Below are positions 13,096 to 25,635 of a stretch of 64,000 nt of DNA, one piece after another; the first letter of the stretch is position 1, and every line of letters begins with the position of its first letter. This DNA comes from Marsupella aquatica. Its lineage: Eukaryota > Plantae > Marchantiophyta. Where the stretch lies: assembly GCA_973895155.1 (NCBI GenBank), contig OZ316893.1, positions 17,080,645 to 17,144,644 of the forward strand, in the 5' to 3' direction. The notes under the pieces are model-generated. The model ran no database searches. It saw only the letters and a program-made list of their open reading frames with translations, and was not told where the DNA came from. The position numbers and the translations under genes were made by a program.

Positions 13096-13575
13096 TGCAA
13101 TACAAATCTAGAACATGCATAGCACCATTGCTTTTGGAGTCGAGCACAAAAAGACCTGCACAAATACATTTGAAATACACACAATGCAAACACATTAGGA
13201 TCTTCAAGAGATGCAATGACAACATACACATTCTCATGTAATATACATAATGTCAGCATACATTTAACAATAGAAGTGCTAATAGGCCAAAACACTTTAT
13301 AATGCAATCCGTCATACATGCAAATGTATTCAGTGAAAATCATGATATACCATTAAAGCTGGACAAAATATCCTTTTCGCCTGGTTTTCTAACAATTCCC
13401 GAGGTTTAGTGCTTCTGCTCATCAAAATGCAGCACTATTAGTGACCGTAATTATGACAAAATGTCAACACTAATAAAATTGGGTACTACCACCCATGATG
13501 CAGCTTAAGTATTTGCCTAGCTCATACCCCACTAAGACGTTGAAACCTAAGTAATAGGTTTGTTCATTATTCAGA

Positions 13576-13895
13576 TCACTGGAGCCGTGAAATGTGGTCC
13601 CTGATTGGAGTCTTCAGGTGTGGATCAATAGGATGATGGGGGCAATAAAACATATGTCGCTGTTATCCATGTGCTTCATGTTCCCAGATGTCCCTATCAT
13701 GAGCAAACCCTTTGCTTTTGATCATCTGGAGACAATCTGTATGCCAGGCATTTGGACATCGTAGACATTGTACCATGTTCTTGACCATCTGACCCTCAAG
13801 ACTCTGATAACATGTCACACATGTATGCAGTGGGCAGGACTTTGCATCAGCTACCAAACACCCAAAGCAATAAAATTGTACACAAAAATGATCAG
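13576..13895 (-). pseudogene. EDM2-type PHD finger module, 3' half
   Basis: CPLHTCVTC...CLRCPNAWHTDCL...(stop)..MFYCPHHPIDPHLKTPIRDH. Joins in frame with 27309-27596 once the copia is removed. Confidence 0.75.
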
Positions 13896-14038
13896 TGTTG
13901 AAACACCACCAGAATAATGTTGATCTTCTCATTCATGTGTGTAGTCTTTATACATCAAGGTGGTTACTTTAATAGTAACTACCTAAGGTTTGGTGTTAAA
14001 CCTTACCCTAGAGTAGACTTAACCTATGGGTTCTAACA
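13896..14038 (-). repeat. copia 3' LTR
   Basis: TGTTGAAACACC...TTCTAACA, with an adjacent PPT (minus strand AAGGGGGAG, about 14039-14047). Confidence 0.93.
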
Positions 14039-14701
14039 CTCCCCCTTGGGTGCATCGCATCATAGGTTTGGTTAAGGTGATGCAACCATATTGAGTCTAC
14101 TGTGAGGGTGTTAACTATTTGATTGTGTAATGTAGTTTTAGTAAAAGAATGAGAAGATGGTGTTGATGTAGCCTCATTAAAACCTCCTCTCCTTTCTTGT
14201 AGGAGGAAAGAGTGCTACCATCTTTGGATGAAAAATGAATAGAGTGTCATATTGTAATTTACTATGTAGAGGTTGGGTTAAAATTGGTGTCGGTTGTTAT
14301 GGTCTTTAGTGGGGGAAGAATCCATGTATTGTGGGTTCTTGGTATTTGTAGTTTATGCGGTGTATTCTCTACTATGGGGTACGTTACTAATGTGCGGTGC
14401 TCTTGTAGTCGGGTTTGGTGTTGTGGTGTTTTCCCGAGTAATTTTGCGGATTCGTAGTCGGTGGCGTTGTGCCCTAGTCTTGGTTGGAGCTTGTGTTCTT
14501 GGTGGTCATGGGTTGCGCTCCGGTTGTCGGCTCCTTTCCTCTGGTGATTGATCGTCCCATCTCCATTCTAGAGGTTGTCCTCATCGCTTTTGTGAATGGT
14601 TGATGTTCAGATTCTTCTGTGTGTTGTTGTTGTGGATTTGATTAGGGTATCTGTTCTTCAATGCCCTCGGTCCGTTGCGTTCTCCCCCTGACATTTGGAT
14701 T

Positions 14702-17217
14702 TCAATTCGATTCCTGTAAGAGGGTGGACAAACGACGCATGCCGATTGATCGTGTTAGTGTTTTATGTATGGCAGGCGGTAACGATTTGGTTAGCAGGTC
14801 TGCATTGTTCAATTTGCTTGGGATCCATTTCACGTCGATGTTGTTGCCATGCTGTTCTCTTGCAAAGAAGAATTTGGGGGCGATCTGTTTAGTGCGTTCT
14901 CCTTTGATGAAGCCCGCTGCGATCTGTTCTACGCAAGGTCTGTTGTCTTCGAAGATGACGGTCGGTGAGGTGAGTATTTTCATACCTGTGTGATGTAGGA
15001 TATGATTAATTACGTTTCTTAGCCATAAGCATTCGCGACTTGCTTCGTACAATGCTATGATCTCTGAGTGGTTGGAGGATGTAGTTGTTAGACTCTGTTT
15101 GGTGCTCTTCCATGATATGGCTGTGGGTCCGGCCAGGAAAACATATCCTGTTTGTGACTTCGCATCTGCTGGGTCAGAGAGATAACCGGCATCTGTATAG
15201 CCAGTAAGAGTTGGTGTTAAGTCAGTAGGGAAGTATAATCCTAAATCTATAGTGCCACACAGGTAGCAAAGTACCCTTTTGATTCCATTCCAGTGTCGAA
15301 TGGTCGGCTGTGAGCTGTGCCTTGCTAGTAGGTTCACAACGAAGGCAATGTCTGGCCTCGTTTGGGTTGCCAAGAACATAAGCGCTCCTATTGCAGATAG
15401 GTAGGGCTTGTCTGAGCCAAGTAGTGGCTCGTTTTCAGTACGCTTTCGGAACATGTCTTTGTCCCTATCTAGGGATCTGATGTCCATAGGTGAGTTCACA
15501 GCGTATGCTTTGTCCATGTTGAACTGCTGCAGCATTCTCTTTGTGTATGTGGACTGGTGGAGGAGTATGCCTTCTTTGAGGTGCTCAAATTGTAATCCTA
15601 GGCAGAATGTAGTCCTGCCTAGGTCCCTCATCTCAAAAACTCTCTTGAGTAATTGTATTGTTTCCACCATGATTTTCTTAGTGCCGAATAAGTTCAGGTC
15701 GTCCACATATATTGCGATTATGATAAACTCGCTGCCCTCTCTCTTGATGAATAGGCAGGGTGCTATTTCGGAGTTTTGGAATCCCATTGCAATCATTTCT
15801 GATTTAAATCGCTGGTACCATGTGCGTCCGCTCTGCTTGAGCCCATACATTGATCGGAGCACTTGGACTGCAAGGCGGATACGCGCCTTCATCCTCTTTG
15901 GGTCCGTTATTACTTCTTTCATGGCGATGTTGTGTGATGTGCGTTGTAGTACTGATGCATCAGTGTGCCCGAATGATCCTTCTCTCGTCTGAGTTAATTC
16001 TTTACTTTGGTGCTGCCCCTTTTCATGGTATTCCACTCGTTTGATTAACTCAGGAGGGGCTTCCATGTATATCACTTTGTCAAGATGGCCGTATAGGTAG
16101 GCCGTCACTATGTCCATCTGGTGCATGGATAGCCCGTGGTGTATGGAGAAAGCAATCAAGTATCGATATGTGATAACGTCCATGACTGGTGCATATATTA
16201 GGTCGTAGTCCCTTCCTGGTATTTGGGTAAATCCTTTGGCCACCAATCGGGCCTTGTACCTTGCGACCTCTCCATTTGCATTTCTTTTTATGATGAAGGT
16301 CCATTTGTAGCCAGTCAGGTGTATATCTAGGGTTGCTGGTGTTATTCTTCTGAATACTTGTCTGGAGATTAGTGAGTCGAGTTCCGAATTGATGGCCTCC
16401 TCCCACTTGGGCCAGTCAGGTTGTCTCTGTGCTTCTGCTGTCATCTTCGGGTCTGGTAATTATTTTTCCAGTACCTGTGATATCTGGAATGCGAACTGGT
16501 CGTCTATCTGAGTATTTTCTCTATCCCAAATTTGACCCGTTTGTTGGTAATTTATAGCGATTTTGTCATTCTCAATATTTGTGGTTGGTTGAGTTGGTAT
16601 TGTTGTTGATGACTGTCTTTGAGTTGCTGTAGGTATCGTTCTTCTTTGGCGTGGTTGATGATCCGTGGCCCCAATCGGGCGTCCCCGTTTGGCCCATGGT
16701 GGGGCCTCGGTTGCGGGTGTGCCCTCTTGTTCGATTCTTGCTGGTGTATTCGCTGCAGGTACATGTGAGCGTGTCACCTTTGCTGCATCTGCGAAGGAGT
16801 CTGGCAGTTGTTCCATCATTTTGGTAAGATGGATTATCCTCTGAACTTCTGTGTCAGCTTGGGCTGTTCTTGGATCGTTCCAAAATGCAGATTGTATTTG
16901 CCATTCAAGCTCAGTATTTATGTTCTTATCTCTATTCGTTCCTGTTATCAGAGTAGGGAATATATGCTCGTAAAAATGGCAATCCATGAACCTTGCTTTG
17001 AATATGTTTGCTGTTGTTGGTTCCAGGTATCGGATGATGGAGGTCGAGTCAAAGCCTATGTAAATCCCTTTCTGCCTCTGGGGTCCCATTTTTGTGCGCT
17101 TAGGGCCCAGGATCGGGACTAATACTTGGCATCCGAATGTCCTTAAATGGGATATATTTGGAGTTGTTCCGAATGCTAGGTGGTGGGGCGTCTTATCGTT
17201 GAATGCAGATGGTCTGT
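14702..17217 (-). pseudogene. pol: copia pol: integrase C-terminus, RT and RNase H
   Basis: YKARLVAKGFTQ, YGLKQSGRTWY, YVDDL, GYTDAGY, SSNHSEIIAL, RTKQIAPKFFF. Confidence 0.95.
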
Positions 17218-20200
17218 TGTGACACGGGTAACGTGTCACTTAACCAAACCCCGGTCGTAGATTAGGTCTTATACGGTCGTTAGGACCGTAGCCATAGTGT
17301 AGGATAGCACGTATAGCCGTCTATTGCCTTTATGAATAGATTAGGAGTAGGTTAAGTTGACCGAATGATTACGAGTTGAGGAGGAGGATTATTACACGCG
17401 ACCAAGGTACGGTGGCGGCGGCGGAGTAAAAATCCGTTAGAAGAATCACGCTTGGACCGAGGCGCCGACTTCAGGTCATTATCAACAACTAAAACGGCCT
17501 AGCCTTCTCACGCTCGGGCTCATCCTGGCACCTCCATAAGAGAGGAGCCGATGGCACTACGGGCCATTTGCTCATTTCTACCTTTTGGAATTCGCGGACG
17601 CTGCCATTCACTCGCCTTTTTGGCTCGAATCAAGCTAACCTTTACAAGGAGATTATCGAGGGATAAGAGCGGAATGTGGCGAGATTTAGTCAGGACGAGC
17701 AAGGCCTCCACAAGCACGAGGACCAGCCGGGTGGGAACGTAGACTCAATGAACCGGACTACAAGGTTAGTATGACCCTTACAGCCTTGGGATTTTGGACC
17801 TTGTTTGGCGAGGTAGGTGCTAAGTTCTCCGAGACTTACTGGTACTCTTGTCCCAAGAAAGCCACTTACGAACAAAGATACGCGAAGCTGGTGGCCAAAG
17901 TAGCACTGGTTAATTGCGAGAAGATAACCATCACCAGGGATTCCAGCTACAACGAGCTGCGAGACTACGTCACCGAGCTATATCTCAGCGAGGAAGGGCT
18001 TAGATCGGTAGCAGAGGTGATTCTTGAGGTCCCAGCAAAGTTCTTTAGGCTGAAGGGCAGCCAACGGCTTACTCAAGCGGAGTTCGACAAGATTCTGGGG
18101 TACCTAGACCAGCAAATCACAGCCAAAAAGCGCCAAGAAGACATCAGCAGACAACGGGAAGCGGCGCGTAATCTTATGTTCCTCGGGGAAAGTTCCAATG
18201 CCTTTGACTGGGATATGGCTACCCCAACACCACCAGCACCTCAGCCGATGACCACCGGCATACCTCCGAACCGGTCCCAAGTCTGTCCAGTGATCAACAC
18301 AGAGTGTTCTTTGGGTTCCGAGCGAGTTAGTCCGCAACTCGAGCAGCGTTCTCGTAAGCGGGCAAGGACGATGCCGGCCCTCAAATCAACAACGCGAACC
18401 AACACCGCGCCTGTGCCTGCCCCGACAAACCCCCCGGCCAACCAGACCCGACGTCCCCCGGATAACCCGAAGTCCAACTTATTACAGGTAATCCGTGTCC
18501 CCGAAGTAGTCTGGATCGCGATCAAGAAACTCGACCATGCGGACTATCTCAAGGAGCATCAGTTGGAGCAGTTCGCCCACTTGCTATGGAGGCCGTGCGC
18601 CACCGGGCCAAAGGAGATTTGTGAGTTCATCTCCAATTTCGACACAGACGCATCAACCACCAAGGTTTCGGGACAGGTTTTATCACTCACGGAGCATCAG
18701 TTAAATGCAAATCTTCTGCCTACCAACCGGGCCGGTGCCGGTTGAACTCCAAATTCGGGATAAGGAGTATACACCTCAGCACTTCAAACCCGAGGGTAAG
18801 ATGGACAACGGATACAAGTAGGGGTCGTGCACCAACTTAATCTGCATGGAGCGGCTTAACTTCATACGGACTACCCTACACATGATTGAGCCACGATCTG
18901 AGATCTCCCTCTGCACGATCGTGCAGGTGGAACAGTACAAATGGCGGAACTGGGCCCAATTCTTTTACCGAAGATTCTCGGGGGAGCTGAAGCGGGCTCA
19001 GGGTGGTATGGCTATTGGGGGGAAGACTTACTTGGGAAGTCATATCGCCATCATCTTCGCCTGGTACAAGGCACGGCGGGAGGCCAGGGGAAAGAATATG
19101 GCCACCTCAGCCCCGACTAATGTCACCCCTGCCCTAGAGGAGGCAACCCCGAGCGCGCAGACTACCGCTCCTCGGCCAAACCCCGACCCGGAGGCCCCGA
19201 CTAATACTCCGTCACCTCCTCTTGTTGAAAATTCCACCGCCCCCTTCCGTCGAGCCTCCGCTACCTGCGATACAACCACCCCCAATCCCTCCACCACCTG
19301 AAGAAACCTTCCCCTCCCCAGCGCAGACTACGGAGGAGATCGTTGCCCCGCCCGAGGAACCACCGGTACCCGAGAGGATGGAGGACTACCAAGTAGCCTC
19401 GGGGACCATGGCCTACGACCTGGTCCAGAAGTTTAGCCAGACTATGTCTGGGGAGCTGGCGACGTACATCGGACAACAAGTCGCGGTGTACTTTCAACCA
19501 GCCTTCTTCATGTTAGAGCACCAACCACGGATCGTGAGCCGCTTGGAAGAAGAACTCATGGCGAAGGGGAATGAGATCGGGCGCCTCCAAATGCTGGTAG
19601 AGCACCTCAAGGAGGAGGCCACTACCCGCCGCGAGGAGTTAGTCCGCACCGTCGAACAGAGGGACGGACTAACATAGGAGTTGAGCGGAGCGCAAGCAGA
19701 TCTCAAGAAGCTGGACGACACCGTGCTTCAATTACGCTTAGAATCTTCGGCTCGGGTTACCAGCCTGACCGACCTCAACAAACAGTTCCTGTAGGCAGCT
19801 CAGCAGGTAGCTAGTCTCTCCGCCGAACGGGATAAATTGCTAGCGCAGGACCAGACCCATCGCAACTCCATTAACCAGCTCAATCTAGAGGTAGCGCGGC
19901 TCCAGATAGAGGCCGATGAAGCTGCAAACGAGGCGGAGGAGGCGGTGTGGGACAACAAGGCCTTGCAGGACCGCGTTACCCTGCTTGTCCTCCAGCGGGG
20001 AAAACCTGGGCCCACCTCTGATCAAGGCGGCTCGAGGTCTCGCCCCGACAGGGGGACCAACCCTGGTCCAACCACAGCACACACATAAGGGGCGGTTAGC
20101 AAAGGGTGGAAGCAGGCGCCGCGCGGGGCAGTTAAGTCAGCGGCATCTTTTGGTTAGGCGTAACGATAGAATAGCTGTCATTAGGCGCCGATTAGCGGCA

Positions 20201-21055
20201 GTAGGAAGAATTAGGGCCGGATCAGTTAGGATCAACCAACGTAGGATGGAGTCCATCAACGGACTAGATTTTTGTCAGTAGGCTTGGTCGCTGCCATTCC
20301 GGTCAGCACCCTTGTCGTCGACGGTCAACCAGTCAGAGCGGGCGGCCGTTAGTCAGTAGGTAGTATCCCGGAAGGTAGTATCCTCCCGTTCTCTTCCGCA
20401 ACTGTAGTATTTAGGCTTCCCCTTCCGCTATGGAAGGGGGGGAAGGCTTAGTTATCTCGGCAGAAGAAAAGGCGAGACACGGGGAGTCCCGGCCTGAGTA
20501 GGGTCAGAGCGCACCAAGGAGTGAGAGCCAGAGTCGAGCTTGTTGGGCAAGTGCGAGGCGGGGCCTCGTAGAGACTGGGCATCGACTGCCATTGGGCCTG
20601 CTGACCCCCTTAGAAGTCGAGTCAACCATGTAAACTGATGCTTCGCTGAGTAAATATAGTCTTTTCCCTCTAATGTTTCCGCGAGTAACTGGTGTTTTGT
20701 GTATGCTTTGTCTGGGCAAAGGCGCCATTTCAAGGGACGTACCGGGTGCGGACCAATGGTAGGGATTGCCACCCATTGCATGTCAAAGGTTCTATCGCAT
20801 CGATGGCTTGAAAGCCCCAAGCCGGGAGTTAGTCAGAGTCACTAACTGAGGGGATATTCCAGCGGTGGAAAACAAATATACCTATGACTAGTACGAATTA
20901 TGTAAGTGTTATACCAGTAAGTTTATCGACTTAGCCCGACTTAGGGCTAAACGGGGCCACTACACACCTCCTTGCCCGAACCCTCACCCCTACTGGTGGT
21001 CGAGGTTGCGCCATGGAACTAAACTGGATTTAAGGCCCAGGTTAGGGACGCGACA
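17218..21055 (+). mobile_element. protein-coding solo LTR-like element, family Y (3838 bp), inserted in the copia integrase
   Basis: TGTGAC...GCGACA termini and perfect TSD TCTGT (17213-17 and 21056-60). No gag or pol inside. Confidence 0.9.
17771..20088 (+). pseudogene. LTR-encoded protein, family Y (frameshifted)
   Basis: ORFs 17771-18745, 18846-19301, 19222-19677 and 19837-20088. ERLNFIRTTLHMIEPRSEIS...GGKTYLGSHI aligns with family X ERLGFQRYALHMMEPRGEIS...GGKAYFASHI. Confidence 0.82.
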
Positions 21056-22378
21056 TCTGTATTGGAGGAGGGCAGCTGCATGGAGTACCGCGTGGCCCCA
21101 TGCTGATGTTGGGAGTTTCGTCTGCATCAATAGAGGTCTGGCTATAATCTGTAACCTTTTGATGAGGGATTCGGCTATTCCGTTCTGGAAGTGGGCATGG
21201 GCTACTGGGTACTGTATATTTATCCCTGCTGTTGTGCAGAAGTCTTCGAATGTCTAGGATGAAAATTCGCCAGCATTGTCAACCCTGAGGTGTCTTATCG
21301 GGTTGTCAGGGAATTGTGCTTTCAATTTTAGGATATGTGCCAATATCCTTGAAAACACTAAGTTTCTGGTTGATAGGAGTGATACTTGTGACCACTTCGA
21401 GGAAGCATCAATGATCACTAGGAAGAATCGGAAGGGGCCGATAGGTGGGTGTATGGGACCGCATACGTCTGCATGGAGTCTTTCCAAGAAGCTCGGGATG
21501 TTTTTGTTTGTTTTGCTTGGTGATGGTCTTGTGATCATTTTTCCCTGTGAGCAGGCGAGGCATGGAGTCTATATGGATCTTGGATGTACTGTGTTTGGTA
21601 TTCCCTGTGTGTCCTTTATGATTCTGTGAAACATACTGGTGCCTGGGTGTCCCAGTCTCTGGTGCCATATGTCTGTGATTGAGGGTGGCTGTATGGCAGT
21701 GTGGTAACTCTGTGTTTTTGTGGCATAATATCCCGTAGGGTAGGCATCGAAGGTCTCTTTGACTTCGTTTCCATTGGGGGTTTTGGCAATAATATGTAAT
21801 ACTTCTTGTGTTTTTATCATGTTGGTGTGTATGTGCAGGTTATTTGCACATATGTCTTTGAAACTGAGCAAGTTTCTCGTGGCTTTTGGGGCGTATATCG
21901 CTGCTGAGATGTGGATGATTGACCCTCTCGGTAGTATTATTATTGCAGGTCCATATCCTTCCTCTAGTTGGTGTTGGCCTAGTATGGTAGTAACTCATCT
22001 TTGGGAAGGGATTATTTTGCTAAAGTCTTTTCTCTCCCGCAGGATTGTGTGGGTTGTCCCACTATCAACGATGCAAAAATCCAAATCATTCATGGTTGGG
22101 TTTTGGTTTACCAAGTGGATTTCTGGTAAGATTTCAGCAGATTCTAGAAAAGCTCCATGGGTCTCAAATTCCGGTTGTGTTAAGCTCTTTTTGTATAGAG
22201 CTACCAGGTGGGTTGGGGCGCGGCATACCTTTTGTGTATGGCCTCTAGTTCCACACTTGTAGCATGTTATCGGGTTGTCTTGTCTCCCTCTTTGGCTGCT
22301 TCTGTCTTGGTCTCTCTGTTGTGGGTATCTGGATCCTCTCCTCCAGGTTGTTCTTTCGTTGTTGTATCTCCCCCTGCC
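21056..22378 (-). pseudogene. pol: copia zinc knuckle, protease, GAG-pre-integrase and integrase N-part
   Basis: CIVDSGTTHTIL, WHQRLGHPG, and FLERLHADVCGPIHPP..FRFFLVIIDASSKWS (Bianca-like). Confidence 0.88.
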
Positions 22379-23140
22379 TCAGCCCCTGCCTCCATATTGT
22401 GGTCTTCTTCCTCCCCCTTGGTTATACCCTCCTCTGCCTCGGAATGTTCCTCTGCCTCTTTGGTATTGACCTCTTTCTCTGTATTGGTTCCTGTTCCTGT
22501 TTTGTGTATTTTGGGGTACAGTATAATGTGTTTCAGTGTTGGGTTGCGGGGGAAGGGTTCCAGGGGGTCTTTCTCTCGTGTTTTGTAGTAGGAGGATTTG
22601 ATGCTTTTCTGCTAGTAGCATGTGTGCCATTAATTCTGAGTATTTGGTGAATCTCATGTTCCGATATTGAGTAGATAGGATCAGATTTGTTGCGTGAAAT
22701 GTTGATAAGGTTTTCTCGATTTGTTCTTCGTCTCCCACCGGTTGGTTGCAGATGGCTAGTTGTGAGGTAATCCTGAATAACTCACTGTTGTATTCGGCAA
22801 TTGTTTTGAAATCTTGAACCCGCAGGTTTACCCAGTCGTGCCGTGCCGCGGGCAGGAATATCGTCCTTGTGTGATCGAACCGTGCTTGCAGCTCACCCCA
22901 TAGGATACGAGGATTATATTTGTTCATATATTGCCGCCTTAGTGGTTCTGCCAAATGATGTCTTACGAGTATTAGAGCTTTAGCTTTTTGCTGAAGTGTT
23001 GGTCCCGCGTCCGTTAGAGTAGCATCTTGGAGGTCCTTTGATGTCAAATGCGCCTCTACATCGAGTGACCATGATAGGTAGTTAGATCCGTCGATGCTTA
23101 ATGCTTGGAAGAGCAATTTTTCCATTGTATTGGTAGCCAT
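22379..23140 (-). CDS. gag: copia (Bianca) gag
   Basis: ALSIDGSNYLSWSLDVEAHL...W.NLRVQDFKTIAEYNSELFRI is typical of Bianca gag. Confidence 0.9.
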   Translation of the reverse strand: MATNTMEKLLFQALSIDGSNYLSWSLDVEAHLTSKDLQDATLTDAGPTLQQKAKALILVRHHLAEPLRRQYMNKYNPRILWGELQARFDHTRTIFLPAARHDWVNLRVQDFKTIAEYNSELFRITSQLAICNQPVGDEEQIEKTLSTFHATNLILSTQYRNMRFTKYSELMAHMLLAEKHQILLLQNTRERPPGTLPPQPNTETHYTVPQNTQNRNRNQYRERGQYQRGRGTFRGRGGYNQGGGRRPQYGGRG

Positions 23141-24144
23141 CTGCTTTCACTAGTTATATATTGGTTCCCAATGTTTGGAGAGGATAATTATGATCCAAAT
23201 CTCAATTGGTGATTGTAAAGTTTCAATATGTGGTATAATTCTGAAATTTCGGAGGGAGAGGAAAGAAGTGGATTATCTTGATTGGTGTCAAAGTGTCAAA
23301 CACTTGTCAAGGAGCATAAGCGGCTTTTCTCCCCAAAAGACTACCTAATACCTGCTCCATATCATACCAGGGTCACAAAGGATTGACAAAACTTCTGAAA
23401 TGTGCCTACAATGACTAATCACTCCATACATAAGTAGTTTCAACTCTCCACTTCTAGAGAGGTAGTCCCCTTGACTACTTTTGTACTCACACCCTTCCCC
23501 TCTCCTCTACTCCAAGGATCAGCAAGGGGGATCTCTGCTCCAAGCTGTCACCTTAGAGAAGAGTCTCACACAAACACCCAAGAACCAAAGTACTTTCCTC
23601 TTCAAGCTTAATCTCCTCAAGACCCTCAAATTAGTGTTACCCCTCAACCTTGCCCCCTGGCCTTGGTTTGGGTCCACACATCCCCTTTGAGCTCTAGAAA
23701 AGGCTCTTCTATCTAAGTACTCTTCCTCTTGTTCTTACTTCTTGTTAACACCATACACCAAGCAAAATACTTTCCACCCTCAAGCTATAATCCTCTCTAA
23801 GTCTCAAAGTAGTGCTCTATCTTAACCTTGCCTCTTGGCCTTGGTTTTGTACTGGCACATCCCCTTCAAGCTTAGACCAAGATTACATCATAGCATGGAC
23901 TCTTCTCTTGCTCTCATATGCTTCAAATGCACTCACACTTAATGGTCACAATGAAGATTAGCAAGTCTCCTTTTATTGCATCACCTTTACAACAAAAGTT
24001 TACTACACATTCTCCACACTAAGCATGGACCACCTCTCCCTTCTCAAGCTTAGCCCTACCTTGGCAAGGTAGAGATTCCACTTAAGAGATGAGACTCCCG
24101 GTCCCTAACAAATGAAAACTTCCTCCTTATATACTATTCTCCTT

Positions 24145-24350
24145 CCACACCACACCACACCACACCAAGGTAGCCCACCAAGGACCAAGGACCAAGGACC
24201 AAAGTAGAGGACCAAGGTAGAGGACCAAAGTAGCCCACCAAGGACCAAGGACCAAAGTAGAGGACCAAAGTAGCCCACCAAGGACCAAGGACCAAAGTAG
24301 CCCACCAAGGACCAAGGACCAAGGTAGCCCACCAAGGACCAAGGTCCAAT
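24145..24350. repeat. compound tandem array (CACAC)n followed by GGACCAA/AGTAGCCCACCA units in the copia leader
   Basis: Direct reading of the sequence. Confidence 0.9.
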
Positions 24351-25620
24351 CACCAAAGTCCTACTAACTACCAAAGTCACACTACAACAAAAGTCCAACT
24401 AACTACCACTCCCACTCAAGCTCCTTCACCTTGTGATTGCCTGGTCTATTCAACCATCTCCTAGCTGCCCTTGTGCTTGACTTATTCCTGCCTTGTGGTA
24501 GCCTCGTCGAAGCGTTTTTACACTTAGTCGGATTTCGTTATTTGGGAAAAACTATAATTCCCCGGCCCATATTGTACCCACCGCCAAAAATCACCCATAA
24601 GGCCAAAAAGACTTTTGAGTAGATCCATAGATTTTCTTGACATAGGGCTATGTCCTGGTTTACTAAGATCTAAACAAAACCCTATAACCAATTTTCTAAA
24701 ATTAGGTAAAGAGGGTTAATTCTTATGTTTTCCAAAATTCTTCTCAACTTTGAGATTCTCCCAAAAAGTAACCAAAGGTAACCAAGTTCTCCCACAAGTT
24801 TCCAGGGATAGAGTGGACCATATTTAACCTATTTTGCAACTTGGAACCCCTACCTTTTCCCATCAGCTATTTTTCCCAAGACCCGCTATTTGGTAACTTT
24901 AAGTTTTGCCAAAATACTTACAACTCCTAGGTTAAGACCCCACTTGACTTTGTGACTTTTATGTGTGGTCTAGGGACTACCTAGCATCCATAGGGTGAGT
25001 CTTAGCAAAACTTATCACTCAAAAGTATCGGTCATGCCTTCGGCCCGACTTGCCGACTACCGTAACTTTTTTCCGCCCTTACCAAATAACTTACTCAACT
25101 CTTGATACTTCTTAGAGAAACATGTCCTCTCCCTCAATTTATTTCCCTACTCTACTTCCCTAGTTATTAAGTTACCTTAAACCTAACAACTCTGCTAATC
25201 ACTAAACTATGTAATTACTACTCCTTGAAAGCAAAAAACTGACGCATTTCCTACTCAAGCCTCCCTTGAGCCATTCCACACAGAGCTTGGAGTGGGTGTT
25301 GTAAATTCGCCTCAATTAATGTCGTTTCTTTTCTTTGGAATTCTGCTCTTCTTAGTTGTGAATGTTGCATTCGTTGCTCCAATAACCGTTTTTAATCGTT
25401 GGATGCTATTTGTGGTGTCATTCAACGTGGGGGACTTCATCCTCATCCTCCTCGAATTTGTGGTCCCATTTTTTGTGCCAATTAGATTGTCTAAAAGGGA
25501 GAAGAGAAATCTCCCTCGCGTCCAATGATTTCTCAGTCAGAAAAAAATTTCCTTGATTTGTAGCCAAGCCACTCTCATTCGGTTCTACATCGATTTCCTT
25601 GAAAACAATTGTAGAGCGTT

Positions 25621-25635
25621 ATCGTGCTGATAACG
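25621..25635 (-). promoter_or_regulatory. Bianca-type primer binding site (half tRNA-iMet)
   Basis: Minus strand CGTTATCAGCACGAT immediately after the 5' LTR. Confidence 0.85.

Noticed and set aside
15408-15992. Antisense ORFs over pol and LINE ORF2 (also 47378-48013 and 50643-50951)
   Set aside because: Shadow ORFs of real coding frames with no independent motifs.
17218-21055. DIRS/tyrosine-recombinase or TIR DNA transposon interpretation of the X/Y/Z units
   Set aside because: No recombinase or DDE motifs. TG...CA ends, 5-bp TSDs and PBS/gag adjacency fit LTRs better.
24105-24398. Repetitive ORFs (LGPWWATLV)n
   Set aside because: Artefact of translating a tandem DNA array that is open in several frames.
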